DNA of 64,000 bases from Octopus vulgaris (taxonomy: Eukaryota), in contig OX597830.1 in NCBI GenBank assembly GCA_951406725.2, forward strand, positions 14,694,001 to 14,758,000, in the 5' to 3' direction. Numbering within the stretch: position 1 is the stretch's first letter; the number at the start of each line of letters is the position of its first letter. Below, in pieces: positions 40,571-54,183 of this stretch. The translations under genes were made by a program, and so were the position numbers. The notes beneath the pieces are model-generated. The model saw nothing but the letters and a program-made list of their open reading frames with translations, was not told where the DNA came from and did not search any database.

Positions 40571-40951
40571 CTGTTGCTGCTGTTGCTGTTGAGCAAATGG
40601 TCTTCGTCCCAGAGATCGCAAGATGGGAAAATTCCGAAACGTGGTCCTTTGCTATTCGTAAGACCCGCAGAAGAGAAAGCAGGTCAACCCCCGACACCGA
40701 GAACATCGACGGATGGATGAATGCACATCCAGGTTGCGTAGGAAGTCGGGGACAAGAAAAAGGAAGAAAGATTGAGAGAAAGTTCGAGCGAAAGAGTACA
40801 ACAGGGGTCGCCACCACCCCCTGCCGGAGCCTCGTGGAGCTTTAGATGTTTTCGCTCAATAAACACGCACAACGCCCGGTCTGGGAATCGAAACCGCGAT
40901 CCTCCGACCGCGAGTCCGCTGCCCTAACCATTGGGCCATTGCGCCTCCACT
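40571..40951 (-). mobile_element. SINE family C, tail type ii, with 14-bp TSD
   Basis: AACTGCTTCTGATG (40557-40570) and AACCGCTTCTGATG (40952-40965). Confidence 0.9.
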
Positions 40952-41057
40952 AACCGCTTCTGATGGTACGATAGGCTTCTGTTTTGTAATGATTTGTACA
41001 ATTTCATTTTTCTGCCGAGAATCCCCGTATCCAAGTTACTTTCACTTTTAATTCAGC

Positions 41058-41216
41058 TTACCCCCCAAATCTTTTCTCCTTGTTTTGTCTACAATGTTTT
41101 TTGTCTCGGGGAATTGCGACGTCTATTATGAGACATTTTCCTTTGTTTATGACATGTATAAAGATAATTGCTCTCTTCAATTGCTCTCTCTGTCTGGATG
41201 TCAAAATCCTATAGAA
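41058..41216 (-). mobile_element. R4/Dong RLE fragment
   Basis: KGKCLIIDVAIPRD...KEK next to an (AAT)n array. Confidence 0.6.
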
Positions 41217-41226
41217 TATATTATCA

Positions 41227-41316
<90 letters not shown>

Positions 41317-41347
41317 TTCATTATTATTATTATTATTATTATTATTT

Positions 41348-41403
<56 letters not shown>

Positions 41404-41482
41404 TTCATTGTTATTATTATTATTATTTTCATTATTATTATAATTATTATCATAATTATTATTATTATCATTATTATTATGA

Positions 41483-41519
<37 letters not shown>

Positions 41520-41544
41520 TATTATCATTATTATTATTATTATA

Positions 41545-41582
<38 letters not shown>

Positions 41583-41600
41583 CACTATTATTATTATCAC

Positions 41601-41652
<52 letters not shown>
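41217..41652. repeat. (ATT)n microsatellite
   Basis: Direct inspection. Confidence 0.97.
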
Positions 41653-42269
41653 GCCGCTGAATCACTAATAATAACAACTAAAATATCAACAACAAGATTA
41701 GTGGTGAAATAATATCAGAGATCAATATAGATCCGGCAGTACTATAGGGATCAATAAGAGCGCATACAAGAACAACAAGAACAACAACAACAGCAACAAC
41801 AATCTATGTAAACAACTATAATTTCACCATACTGATTTAGCCAAGTATTTATAACACAGAAAAAAATAACATGTAAAAAAAATAGACATGTATAAAGTTT
41901 TTCAAACAACTTAACATGTGATTATTTCTCTAAGGGCGCACGCAAAATATTCGCATACAAATATTTACAGAAGCCTGCATACACACATGCACAAACACAT
42001 TAGTACGCATATACACATAGAGACAAAACCGACTTGTTCAGCTGAACCATACATTCATATGACCACAGTTATTTGCTAATTGAATTAGGTGATTTGATGT
42101 GTTAAGAAAATTACTTTGATTCATACTGATGCAACGAAGCGAGGAAATGGTTTAAAGAGATGAGCATTTCCAATGTTAAATCAATTTAGTCCAGTTTCAC
42201 CATATTTAACAATTCTTTCGTGAAATGCTTTCAACCTAGAAATAAAGCAAAGGCTTAAATGTTTTTTTT

Positions 42270-42320
<51 letters not shown>

Positions 42321-42936
42321 TCCCTTTTCCTCTCACTAACATCGTAAGACCTTTTAACATAAATATGCTCCTGTGACTTTTTCAAGGAATATAAAACACC
42401 AGAACGTAAATTAAGTAAACAAAATAAAAAAGGCTGGAAACGTAATTGTATATATTTTCAGCATGATTCTTATTTCCATGTATGTATAAGGCGATAAATT
42501 TAGAAAAAACAAATTGATTTAGAATTTTTTTTCTTTCCTTTCTAGAATTTGGAATCGAATCTGACTGCTACAACAGAAAAGATTATGCTTTGCCTAAGGG
42601 CAAGGTTAGAATTAGAGTAAGCTATGCCCTTGTTTTGTTTATAGAGGGTTTTTAATGTTTAGTCCCAGGTCAGCCCTGGCTGAATAGACAAAGTATGAAT
42701 AGCGTTTCAGCCCAAATCACTCCACCCTTTTCTCAGGCATTGTTCCTCTAAGGACTAAATTGTGTCCCTCCCGCCAGTACAGAAGACCAACTGCTAATGC
42801 TTCTGATGATGAGCAATTACACAATCCTGATGATTGTGTAATTGTTCAGTGGAAATCGCACTCATGATCCATTATAGGGAAATTAACTTCTTACGATCGT
42901 TAGCGCGTCGAACAAATTACCTTGCGGTATTTACTG

Positions 42937-43169
42937 AAGGCGGCGAGCTGGCAGAAACGTTAGCACGCTGGGCGAAATGCATAGCCGTATTTCGTCTGCC
43001 GTTACGTTCTGAGTTCAAATTCCGCCGAGGTCAACTTTGCCTTTCATCCTTTCGGGGTCGATAAATTAAGTACCAGTTACGCACTGGGGTCAATATAATC
43101 GACTTAATCCGTTTGTCTGTCCTTGTTTGTCCTCTCTGTGTTTAGCCCCTTGTGGGTAGTAAAGAAATA
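42937..43169 (+). mobile_element. SINE family A, full length, TSD GGTATTTACT, inside an older family-A-like copy
   Basis: TSD at 42926-42935 and 43170-43179; flanks read CGTTAGCGCGTC..GCGGTATT | ..ACGTTCTGAATTC. Confidence 0.9.
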
Positions 43170-43309
43170 GGTATTTACTAACGGATCTATCACGTTCTGA
43201 ATTCTGATCTCACCGAGACTTCGATACACTTTTCTAACCCTGGGACATGATTACAGGGACATTTCTTTATCTTTGTTTTTTTTTTATATCTTTATGTCTT
43301 TTATATCTT

Positions 43310-43520
43310 ATAGTCATAAGACTGCGGCCATGCTGGGGCACTAACTTGAAGAATTTTCTAGTTGAACGAATCGAGCCCAGCAATTATATTTAAGCTGGGT
43401 ATTATTCTATAGGTCTCTTTTTGCCGAACCGCTTAGTTACAGGAACGTAAACATACCAACACCGTTTGTCAAGCGGTGGCAGGGAACAAGCTCAAGGACA
43501 AATAATCACTCACACACACA
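43310..43520 (-). mobile_element. SINE family B 3' half
   Basis: CTGCGGCCATGCTGGGGCA...TTTGCCGAACCGCT...GTCAAGCGGTGG. Confidence 0.8.
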
Positions 43521-43949
43521 TATTTGAACACGTAGATAAACACACAACCACATGCATAGTTTGTATCAAAGACACCAGCAAATTTATAATTACTACTGTT
43601 CAGTAATTTGCTAGACATCACTAATTCATTTAATTACACTTCTATTAAGCAGATTATTACCTTAATTTAAAACTCAAATTAATTCGTAACTATTCATACA
43701 AATATATCCATCGCTGATAGACGTTCTTTTCGTCACGCTGCTATTAGTAATGCTGGTGTATAAAGGAATAAACGAAAATCTGATATCAATCCAGAAAAAA
43801 ATGGATTCTGACTAGTCTGCTATATTATTTTCTACTCTAGGCACAAGGCCCGAAAGTTTTGGGGAGAGGGCCAGTCGCTTAGATCGACCCCAGTACGCAA
43901 CTAGTACTTGATTTATCGACTCCTGCTATATTAACGTCCTCATCTGACT

Positions 43950-45000
43950 TCACTATTTCTTTTCTTTTTCTTTTGGTTACCTCCGGAAATGGTTTCATTT
44001 TCTAGGTCCGCCACTTCGGCATTCTGCTCCTGTTGGCCTCCCTCGTTTTAATTTTCTCTCTGAGGATACTTGATCCTAATATGTCCTTTTTCGCCGCATT
44101 GATAGAAAGTTGGTGGCCTTCCTTCTACCACCACTCTCAGTCTTATGTCCTCCGGTACTATTATTTCTTCAGCGATTTCATTTAGATCTTGTCCGACCTA
44201 GATGACCGTATCTAGTTCGTTTCCCCAACAATTTAATTTCTTTGTCCTTGTCACCTTTAGAATTTTGGCGTCTTCCTCAGTTTTGTCTATTACGGCTGCC
44301 ACCAGCTATGCTTCTTTGATTTCTGGTGGTACTCTACCTATTCTAGCTCTGGCGACCCTTTTACCGCAATAGGTACGTAGGGGTACCCATCTTTCCGCCT
44401 TCAGCGTCTCAGTGGAGTGATTTGTTACCTCCTGTTCGTTGGCAAATCTCACCTCCACTGTGCCGTATTTTCTGCCTCTTGTATAGAATGTTGTCAGGTT
44501 CTTTATCTCCTTAAGACATTCTTCAATTGCTTCTTTCGTAGCTATCTCTATTTTCTTTGTTTGTGGTTGTTCTTTTCTTGGTACTTGTTGCCACCTCTTG
44601 TGGAAGGGTTAGCTTTAAACTGGATCCCTCCTTCTGAATCGGCTTGAAGTGTTCTCTCAGCCCCTTCTGTTCAATTTTAATTTCTCATACTTCTAGCGAA
44701 TCTGCACCTTTCCCAGCTGCTGAAGCATAAGTCCTGGCATGTGCTGGAACTGGTTCACACTCCCATTTTTTTCCTTTTTTCAGTTTCTTAGCCCCAAAAT
44801 GGGGAATAAGACAAACACAAAGTTTAACAGGTCCTCAAGCAAAAACAGCAACGGTATTTATCAAATTCAACAAAACATGAGTCACCCACGCGGTGGGGGG
44901 TGAACATTCAACAAAGATACAACAAAGTATAACACGACTTACGTCAACCGGAATGAAAAATGATTTAAAACCGACAAAAATACATTGCTGACTGACACTG
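43950..45000 (-). mobile_element. decayed ORF1 (gag-like zinc knuckle) element, copy 2, with 5' UTR
   Basis: Start near 44766 ..EPVPAHARTYASAAGKG; IVPEDIRLRVVVEGRPPTFYQCGEKGHIRIKYP (knuckle Cys lost); homologous to 45508-46617. Confidence 0.75.
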
Positions 45001-45507
45001 TTAACTGTGTCTTTCTACTATTTATCAGGAGTGAAACAGCCCACTTCTCACTTGGGGATGTCCGCCACAACACCTCCCCGCTTTGAGGTTTTCCTTCTTC
45101 TTTCATACAGCATTATTATTTTTCCTTTCTTTTTCTTCTAACCAGAATTATTTTCCCCTTCTTATTTAGATTTTTCTTGTTTCACACAGAATTATATATA
45201 TTTTTATCCTTCAAAATGCCGCAGGTAGTACCAGTCTACATTGCTTACCTGTAGTGCTATTAACATACAGCGACTTGACTTCAATCCTTTAAACAGGCTT
45301 ATATTATTTTTCACTGTGTATAGTTCAGTTCTGTGTTAGAGTTACAGATTTATCTGACATTTTTTCAAAATCTATTTTTATATATTTTTCGCTGTGTGTA
45401 TATTATTTTTCACTGTGTATAGTTCAGTTCTATGTTAGAGTTTATCAGACATTTTTTTTCTTCAGAATCATTTTTTCATATATTTTTCACTGTGTGTATA
45501 TTACTTT

Positions 45508-46617
45508 TCACTGTGTGAAGTTCAGATCCATCCTGGTTAGTATCACTGTTTCTTCTCGTTGCTCTCCCCAAAAGTTCTCTAGTGTGCTTGCTTCTGTCTC
45601 GTCCTCCATAACCTCCTTTTCTACCTCTTTCTCGACCTCCTTTATAACATCCTTTACAACTTTCTTTTCAACCTCTTTTACGATTTCCTTCCACACCTCT
45701 TTATCTGCTTCTTTTTATCTTTTTTCTGTTTCTCTGGCGGAGAGCCCACTCTTTCTTTCCTCTTTCGTTTTTTAACCATTTCGAATTCCTCCTCTATTCC
45801 TGTTGTCTCCTTCTCATCTTCCTGCACCACATAGTTCACCCTCTTCTGCTCCTCAGACTGTTCCATCTGTTGTTCCTTCTCTTCTCTCTGGGGGCATCTT
45901 GCCTTCATGTGGCCTTTCTCGCCACACAGGTAGCATATGGTAGGCTTACCCTCCACTACCACTGTCAATCTCATATCTTCGGGTAGGATAATTTCTTCCG
46001 GAATTTTATTCATGTCACTCACACTTGCCTGTACTGCCATCTCGATTCCGTCCCCCCAAAAGTTCATCCTTTTCGTTCTTGTTACTCTCAGGATTTTCTC
46101 ATCTTCCTCCATATTGTACATGACTACAACAACCAATCACGTTTCATTCAACTCCAGTGACACTTTCTCCACCCTCACTCTGACAACTCGCTTGCCACAG
46201 TATGTTGGTAGGAGCGCCTACTCTTCTGTCTTTATGGCATCAGTGGAGTGCTTTATCGCTTTGTCTTCGCTTGCAAATCACACCTCCACTGTGCCATATC
46301 TTCTTCCTCTTGTTACAACCGTGGCGACCTTTTTGACCTCTTTTAAACACTTCTCAATATCTTCTATTCGTAGCTATTTCGATTATCCTTGTAGATACCT
46401 TCCGTGTTTTGTATATCACTGTTCTTTTCTTAACTCCATTTGTTAAGTCAACTGGCGGCGTCAATTTAAGGTTGTGGCTTTCCTTTTCCAATAGCTTGTT
46501 GCATTCTTTCAGGGGTTTTTTCTCAATTTTAGCTTCTCGAACTTCCAAAGCTTCTACTTCTATTCCTCTGCCAGTTGCAGACGCATAACTGTGGCACTTT
46601 GCTGGTTCGGTCTCCAT
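45508..46617 (-). mobile_element. Tx1/L1-type ORF1 (CCHC zinc knuckle, acidic/basic tail), frameshifted, copy 1
   Basis: METEPAKCHSYASATGRG ... LPTYCGKRVVRVRV ... LTVVVEGKPTICYLCGEKGHMKARCP, i.e. a CX2CX4HX4C knuckle. Confidence 0.8.
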
Positions 46618-49065
46618 TACAATTTTTTTGTCCGCCTGTTGAAGGATGCTATGGTGGGTAGTGTCATCTGCGTAAGAATAAGTGTTACTGAAAATGGTGG
46701 AAAGCCATAGCTGCATAGAAAGAATTTGAAAACTGAGACACACAGAACTTAACAGAATGGGGGACAAAAAGAACTTTGTCAACGCATGTGGTAATAGGAT
46801 GATCTTATTGAAAGTTAGTGATCCAAGAGAGGAAAGATGGAAGCTTTGGCAAGAGACTCACCTGCCCGACACGGTCGAGATCTCTTGTTGAAATCAACAG
46901 CCTCATAATTACTTTCTCCAAATTCCCTCAAGGAAAGAGTTCGTTAATGAGCGAGAGAGGGGTGTAGTTCATTAGCAACCAATTTATATATGACTCGGTG
47001 TAATTCACCTTATTTCGGAAAACCTTTAAAGTTAAAAAAGATGTATCAGATGTCCTTTCGACATTTAGATTAGCCAAGCTTAATGCTGGGTCACTATGGA
47101 CCTATTTCATTGGGATCAGTGTTTGTGCTACTACAGTTTACAGTGTCATGCTGTCTTATGAACTTTTGTCAGACAAGTTCTCGAATAATAAACAATTGAC
47201 CAATAACTTCACGTGAAAATATGAATAATAGATGAAAACGTTCTTTGAAATGATGTCTTAAAGAAAATAACTATGTCGGCTATCAGATTGAATGTCTAAA
47301 ATTCAGCGGCGCGGGAAAAGCAATAAAAAAAGAACGACATAAAAATGAATATTTGATGGAAAGTTTCAAGTCTCACTGAAAAGTGAAATTCTTAAAGTAT
47401 TTATGAAGAATAATATAGTAGATATAAATCTATCGTTACTATCGTCATTATGAATTTATTATCCCATTTTTACGTTGTAGACGGTAAGTGGTAAAAGCTG
47501 CAGATCAGAGAGAGTTTGGCGGCAGTAATAATATATTTAATAGAAAATTAAGATATTTGAATAAAAAAATATAATAGAAATGTTTTTGACATAACGTAAA
47601 AATCTTTCTCAGAATATTTTAAAAGTTATATTTGAAAACAGGATGAGTAAAAAGTGGTGCATAAAAATAATGGATAGTAAATAACTCATTGGTAGTAAAG
47701 AAAAAGGAAAACAACTGAAAGATGTGTAGGAAAAAAAAATCTCAGCACTAGAGTAAATTCATGTCGTGTTTGATATAATGTTTTGGTTGCAAAAGATGTG
47801 AACTACCTAAAAAAATTTTTACTTAATCGAGTGAAAACTAAGGCATAAATTATTTTTTCCATATTTTTCAAGATATATATCAAAGATATTAAAATATTTA
47901 ATAGAGAAATATGGATAAAAGTTGGAAATGTTTACTGAAAAATGGAGTGTTTTGGCCCAGAGGGACTAAAAGTTTGAAAGTATTTTAGAGAACAGCATGC
48001 CAGTCACACAATCTCACCCCTTGTGTTAGGTATAGCAGACTGGCTAATTAAAAAAAAAAACCGTATGTTGTATCAACTATTTCATTACAAAACAATATTT
48101 TTAGCAAATAAGTGTCATACAGTAAGTGCAGATCAGAGAAAACTACCTCATCGGATGTTATCAATACTATATTCTTTCACCTATAATTCTTTTTCAAAAC
48201 TGACTTCATGCTTTATTGTACCAAGGTTAACATCAGTACAAACGACCATTTGTCGTTTCTAATTCAAAAGACTACCATTACTTGTGTTCGGCTAATGCGG
48301 GCAAACTGCAAATGTGCTACTCGTGTACACTCCAGTTCTTTGAAGTTTTCAAGTATCTTTTCTACAACAAGATTTCAGAATCTCCTGGCATTTTGCCTTT
48401 AAAAATTTACATTCTGAAAAATAAATAAGTAAATAAAATAAAAGTTTTAAGAAGAGAATTATCACTTCTAAACTTTAGGAAGCTGTAATAACAGGAAAAT
48501 ATGTTATTTTCCAGACTCCACTGCCTTTTCTTATATAATTATTTAGTCAGAAACACGAAAATGTAACTTTTCATTGTAACCGTTTTCTCTTACAAAATAC
48601 TTGAAGTGAAATAGTGTTAAGAATTTCACATCAGGTCCGTTGAAAAACAAATACAAAATCGAAATGTTTTAAGCTGCAGCCAAAGAAGAAACAGTCTATA
48701 GTTTTAATTTTCCTTATTTCACTGCAAACATTAAATTAATTTACATTGCAATCCAACACTTACTTTGCTTGCTCGCAAAATCAGCATCCTCAAACTAAAA
48801 CTCTAGACCGTCACATCCGTTTCTAAACTTTTGCCCTATCATGATCAGAATTCTCGAAAACCTTGTCATGTTTTTCTCGTATGAAGAGGAGTTTCAAACT
48901 GATGTGTGCAGATTTAAGAACTTAGCAAATCCCGTTTTCTCCTAACATATTTGTTACTGGTATGATTTTACTTTTCCTTAAACAATCTACCGCTAGCAAA
49001 ACCTCAATGTTACAGCACTGCATGCTCCTTGTTCGCCCCAGTTTAATTAAATATATATCTTTAAT

Positions 49066-49196
49066 ATTACGGAGATGTACTCGCATAGCAAGTGATTTGA
49101 TCTGAGATCGTGTGCTGGAACGAAAACAATTGCAGCGTGGAAGGTGTTTGTAAGCCATTTAAGAAACACACAAAAGCCGTTCGATTCACTTCAAAT
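49066..49196 (-). mobile_element. fragment of the 18771-18970 family
   Basis: ATTACGGAGATGTACT...GATTCACTTCAA is the reverse complement of 18843-18970. Confidence 0.85.
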
Positions 49197-49215
49197 GTGA
49201 GTGTTCTTCTTTTTT

Positions 49216-49840
49216 TCACTTGTTTCAGTCGTTAAACTGCGGCCATGCTGGGGCACCGCCTTGAAGAACTTTTAGTCGAATAAATCGACCCCAGTACTTA
49301 TTTTTTAAAAGCTTGGTACTTATTTTACTGCCATCTATTGCCGAACCGCTGCGTTACTGGTACATAAACACACCAATACTGGTTGTCAAGCGATTGTGGA
49401 GGACAATCACACACGCACACTCAAACACACATACACACATATATATAGATGGACTTCTTCCAGTTTCTGTCTACCAAATCCACTCACAAGGCTTTAGTTG
49501 ACCCGAGGCTATAGTAGTCGACACTTGCCCAAGGTGCCACGCACTGAGACTGAACCCAGAACCATGTGGTTGGGAAGCAAGCTTCTTATTTCTTTATTGC
49601 CCAAAAGGGGCTAAACATAGAGGGTACAAACATAGACAGACAAAGGGATTAAGATGATTAAATCGACCCTAATGCGTAACTGGTACTTAATTTATCGACC
49701 CCGAAAGGATGAAAAGCAAAGCCGACCTCAGCGGAATTTGAACTCAGAACGTAGCGGTTACGAAATACCGCAAAGCATTTCGCCCGGAATGCTAACCTTT
49801 CTGCCAGCTTGCCGCCTTCTTGCCATACATCCACACATGC
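49216..49840 (-). mobile_element. SINE family B with a nested family A copy (49588-49818)
   Basis: The B head is interrupted at AAGCTTCTT and resumes after the A element as TTCTTGCCATACATCCAC. Confidence 0.85.
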
Positions 49841-50189
49841 GTCTATAAAAAAAAAACGATTTGCACCAGCCGGGAAATGAACCCGGGATTCTGAGAACCA
49901 CCGATTATTAAGAATAATACTCACTTCATTTTTTTTCTAACCCATTTGATATACACAGCAACAGTGAGCAAGCATCAGACGAAGGCAGATGGAGATATAA
50001 CGTGAAATAAAAGGAATAAAATGAATAATTTATTTATTGAATTATTCTTCAGAGTTTGGTATATTTAAGCGGTTAGACCGATGGTCTAAAGAAATGTTCA
50101 TTTAAACTTTAAAGGAACTTTTATTTAAGGCATGAAAGAGACTATTAGAATCACAAAAACTTTATATAACCACACTACTTTATAATAGT

Positions 50190-50560
50190 TTCCATTTATG
50201 GCACAAGACGAGAAATTTCGGGAGTTAATGCAAACGACCCTAGGACCAACTGGTACTTATTTTATCGAATCCGAAAGGATAAGAGGTAAAGTCGACCCCG
50301 AACTCAGATGTAAAGACAGACGAAATGCTGCTTAGCATTTTGAAAGGCGTGCTAACGATTCTACCTGCTCACCGCCTTCATAATAATAATAAAACTAGTT
50401 TCAAATCTTGGCTCAAGGCCAGCAATTTCGGGAAGAAGGTCAGTCGATTACATCGACTCCATTGTTCAACTGGCACTTATTACATCTACCCCAAAAGGAT
50501 GAAAGGAAAAGTCGACTTCGACGGAATTCGAACTCAGAATGTAATGACGAAAGAAATGCT
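50190..50560 (-). mobile_element. two tandem degenerate SINE family A variants
   Basis: AAAGTCGAC..GAACTCAGA..GACGAAATGC motifs occur twice. Confidence 0.75.
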
Positions 50561-50579
50561 ACGATATAACACAATTTCA

Positions 50580-50970
50580 GAACATTCATTACACATAATA
50601 GACATCAGCTTTCTTTGCTTGCTTGTGGCGACATTCACCCTGGGCGGGTTAAGTCGGCTTCTTCTACTCGTGGAAGACGTTTCGTGGGAATATGTGGATT
50701 TCACAAGCAGTCCCCAACAATCCCGCATTTGGAGACATCCTGTTTGCCGCAGATTGTCCGCAGACGACTGAGGAGCTGCCGGTTACCGAAACAGTGACTC
50801 CGAGGATTTTCACCAGAGCCCCGTCTGCCCGATTGTGGTCCTAATACCACTCGGCGTCAGACTAATCCGCTTTGGGTGGCCCTACCAGGAACCGAAGGTC
50901 CCGACGGCATAGCTCTGACACTACCCGTTGCCAGCGTCCCCACCAAGGAAAGTGGATATGGCCCTCATAG
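50580..50970 (-). mobile_element. GC-rich probable LINE 5' region (unassigned)
   Basis: Sharp GC-rich insert; minus-strand ORF-like TSSTSRRSRLNPPRVNVATSKQRK; no diagnostic domain. Confidence 0.3.
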
Positions 50971-52003
50971 GATAGTTTGTAAAAGAGTTTAGTGAAAAGA
51001 TTTAGTGCGAGAAGAGAATGAATAACACCTCCCTTCTGATTCTTACGAATATCTACCAGTGATACCATTTAAGTCAGAAACTCGTGAAATAATGTTCAAG
51101 CTCTAATCTAATATATATTAGCAACAGAGGCAGTATTAATACAGAGAGATTATATTTATCCCGACTTAAACGTGGATATTCTGTTAAACAAACTATCTAC
51201 CGCAGTATAGCTTGTTCTAACAGAACATCCGCGTTTTAGGCGGGATAAATATTATCTCGCGCTATTGTTATCTCTCTTCTAGTTGCACATCGCTGTTGCA
51301 AGACCCATTTAATTCAAATGGGATTCAGTATCCCGCTACGATAAAGAAGTATAATACAGAGACATTAAACGGGATTATTTGTTATTGCTGATTTTATTCC
51401 AAAATGTAGTTTTGGGATTCCGCTGAAGCTATTTTCGTTCGGCAATCTTCAAAGTGGAATAAGTAAGAATATCAAACTAATGAAGAGAAGCTATTCTCTT
51501 GGAGTAGCATTAAAAGGTAAATTTACCGCAGCTGTTTGGAAAGAAGCTTGCTTCCCAACTACATGGTTCTGGAAAGTGTCTTCTGCTTTAGCTTTGGATC
51601 TGGTAGACGGAAACTGAAAGAAGCCCGTCGTACATATATACCTTACGTGCGGCGTGTGTGAGTATGTATGTGTGTATTCGTCTCCTAGCAGAGCTTAACA
51701 GCCGGTGTTAGTGTCTATATATATTTTAAACAGAATTGTACGAAACTGTATACTCTGAGAGTGTACAGCTGTTAATGTTAGGAAACACTTCACTATTTAT
51801 GAACTACTATTTCAGATATTCCAGGTACACAACTAAGAAAGGGATGAAACGGGTTGTATAGAGACATGCGCTTTTAGGGTACTGACAGGAAAACGAAATA
51901 ACTAGTGTAGAAATTGCCGGCGAAGAGGGGAGTTTTGCGCAAAAGTATTCTGATAAACATAGAGGCATGTATGTATGAATGTATGTATGTATGTATGTAT
52001 GTA

Positions 52004-52039
<36 letters not shown>

Positions 52040-52057
52040 TGTATGTATGTATGTATG

Positions 52058-52246
52058 TATAGATCGTTAGTCACTACACACATTTTTTCTCTCTATGTTT
52101 CTCTCCTTGTTTTTTCTGTGTCCCTTTCTGTAGAAGAGCGTAGGCTCGAAACGTAAAAGACTTTTTCTATTCCTGAGCGTTATACTAATACATGTTTGTT
52201 TTGTACACCACCTGCCTTCGTCTTTTTTTTTTTCGTAAACTCTCCC

Positions 52247-52248
<2 letters not shown>
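52058..52248 (+). mobile_element. ~190-bp hammerhead-bearing element embedded in (TATG)n
   Basis: Second copy at 63330-63500, embedded in (TA)n. Confidence 0.75.
52124..52159 (+). ncRNA. minimal type I hammerhead ribozyme-like motif
   Basis: CTTT-CTGTAGA-A-GAGC-gtag-GCTC-GAAAC-GTA-AAAG: stem I CUUU/AAAG, stem II GAGC/GCUC, palindromic stem III ACGU, GUA cleavage triplet; core carries A6U and an extra A. Confidence 0.55.
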
Positions 52249-52278
<30 letters not shown>

Positions 52279-52671
52279 TGTATGTATGTATGTATGTATG
52301 TATGTATGTATGTATGTATGTATGTATGTTTGTATATGTATATATATATATGTGTATAGATGGAAAGAGAGCGGGAGGGAGGGAGAGAAGGAGAATGAGA
52401 GATAGTCAGAAAGACAGAGAGAGAGACACACACAGAGATAGAGATATATAGAGAAAGAACAAATATAATATATATGAATGTCTGTGTGTGCATAGTGCTC
52501 GTCTGTGCGTTTGGGTGCAATATGTGCATACATGCATGACAAGCATTTGCAGCGGGATTCAGTGTAGCAACAGTGTATAGTACCATACACGTAAATAAAT
52601 ATGTAAAACACTCCTATGTACAGAGTATTTCTTTTTACATCAGTAAATAGCATTGCATATACATATCTGCT

Positions 52672-52699
<28 letters not shown>

Positions 52700-52703
<4 letters not shown>

Positions 52704-52895
52704 GTTTCAGTCATTTCGCTGTGGCCATGCTTGAGCGCCGCCTTGAAAGGTTCTAGAAGAACAAATCGATCCAAGGATCTTTATTTGAAGCCTAGTATTT
52801 ATTCTTTTGGTCTCCTTGGACTAAATTACGAGGACGTAAACACACCGACACCGGTTGTCCGGCGGTGATGAGGGGATAACCGCAAACACAAAGAC
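52700..52895 (-). mobile_element. SINE family B 3' half
   Basis: CTTGTTTCAGTCATTT..GTGGCCATGCT...GGACGTAAACACACC. Confidence 0.8.
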
Positions 52896-52898
52896 ACA

Positions 52899-52973
<75 letters not shown>

Positions 52974-53195
52974 GGAGATAGACAGACTGACAGGCAGACA
53001 GACAGACAGACACACATACATATATACAAATATACATCTTATGGCCTGAAACTTGAAAAGTAAAAAAAAAATAATTTCAGCTTATATAAATAACACACTT
53101 CAACTGTATTGAGTACTTCTATTCTCTTTCGCTAGTAAAGTGAAACATGATTACATGTGAATACAAACATAATCACATACATACATAGATAAACA

Positions 53196-53483
<288 letters not shown>

Positions 53484-54118
53484 GCATGCATAAATGCGTG
53501 AGTCTGTGAGCATATGTGTAGGTATACAGAGAGCATACGATACTAGTATGTGCAGACAATTAGGGAGAAGGAATCTATTGAAATAAAATATAAATGTAAA
53601 ACAGAAAATGCTTTTTCTGTTTATTGCCTATAACTGACAATAGCACGCACACTACCACATATATATATACATACATATATATATAAGATACCAATTATGT
53701 TATACACACTCACACAGACACACACACACACAGCTATATTTGTAACTATTTGAATGTGTATATGGTCGTAGACAGTTGCAGATAGAATTCTGCGCAAATC
53801 ATTTTTTCATTTGCTGAACAAGCCTACATACACAAACATATACACACACAGACCCCACTGAAATGTAAACATACAGGAGCACACACAGCCAAACACACAC
53901 ACAGAGGTATATACACACCCGCACTTTCGTTTATATACATCTCTAATGTTTTCTTAGAGATTTTTTTATACCCATGTATGTGTATGTGTATGTGTGTATA
54001 AAATATATTCAACAATTTTTAAAACATAAAAATCATCCAACACAATTTACTCTATTTTTAATAAACTCTAGGTTACGTAGGTGTGTATGAGCGCGAACAT
54101 ATACTTGTGTGTCTGCGT

Positions 54119-54183
<65 letters not shown>

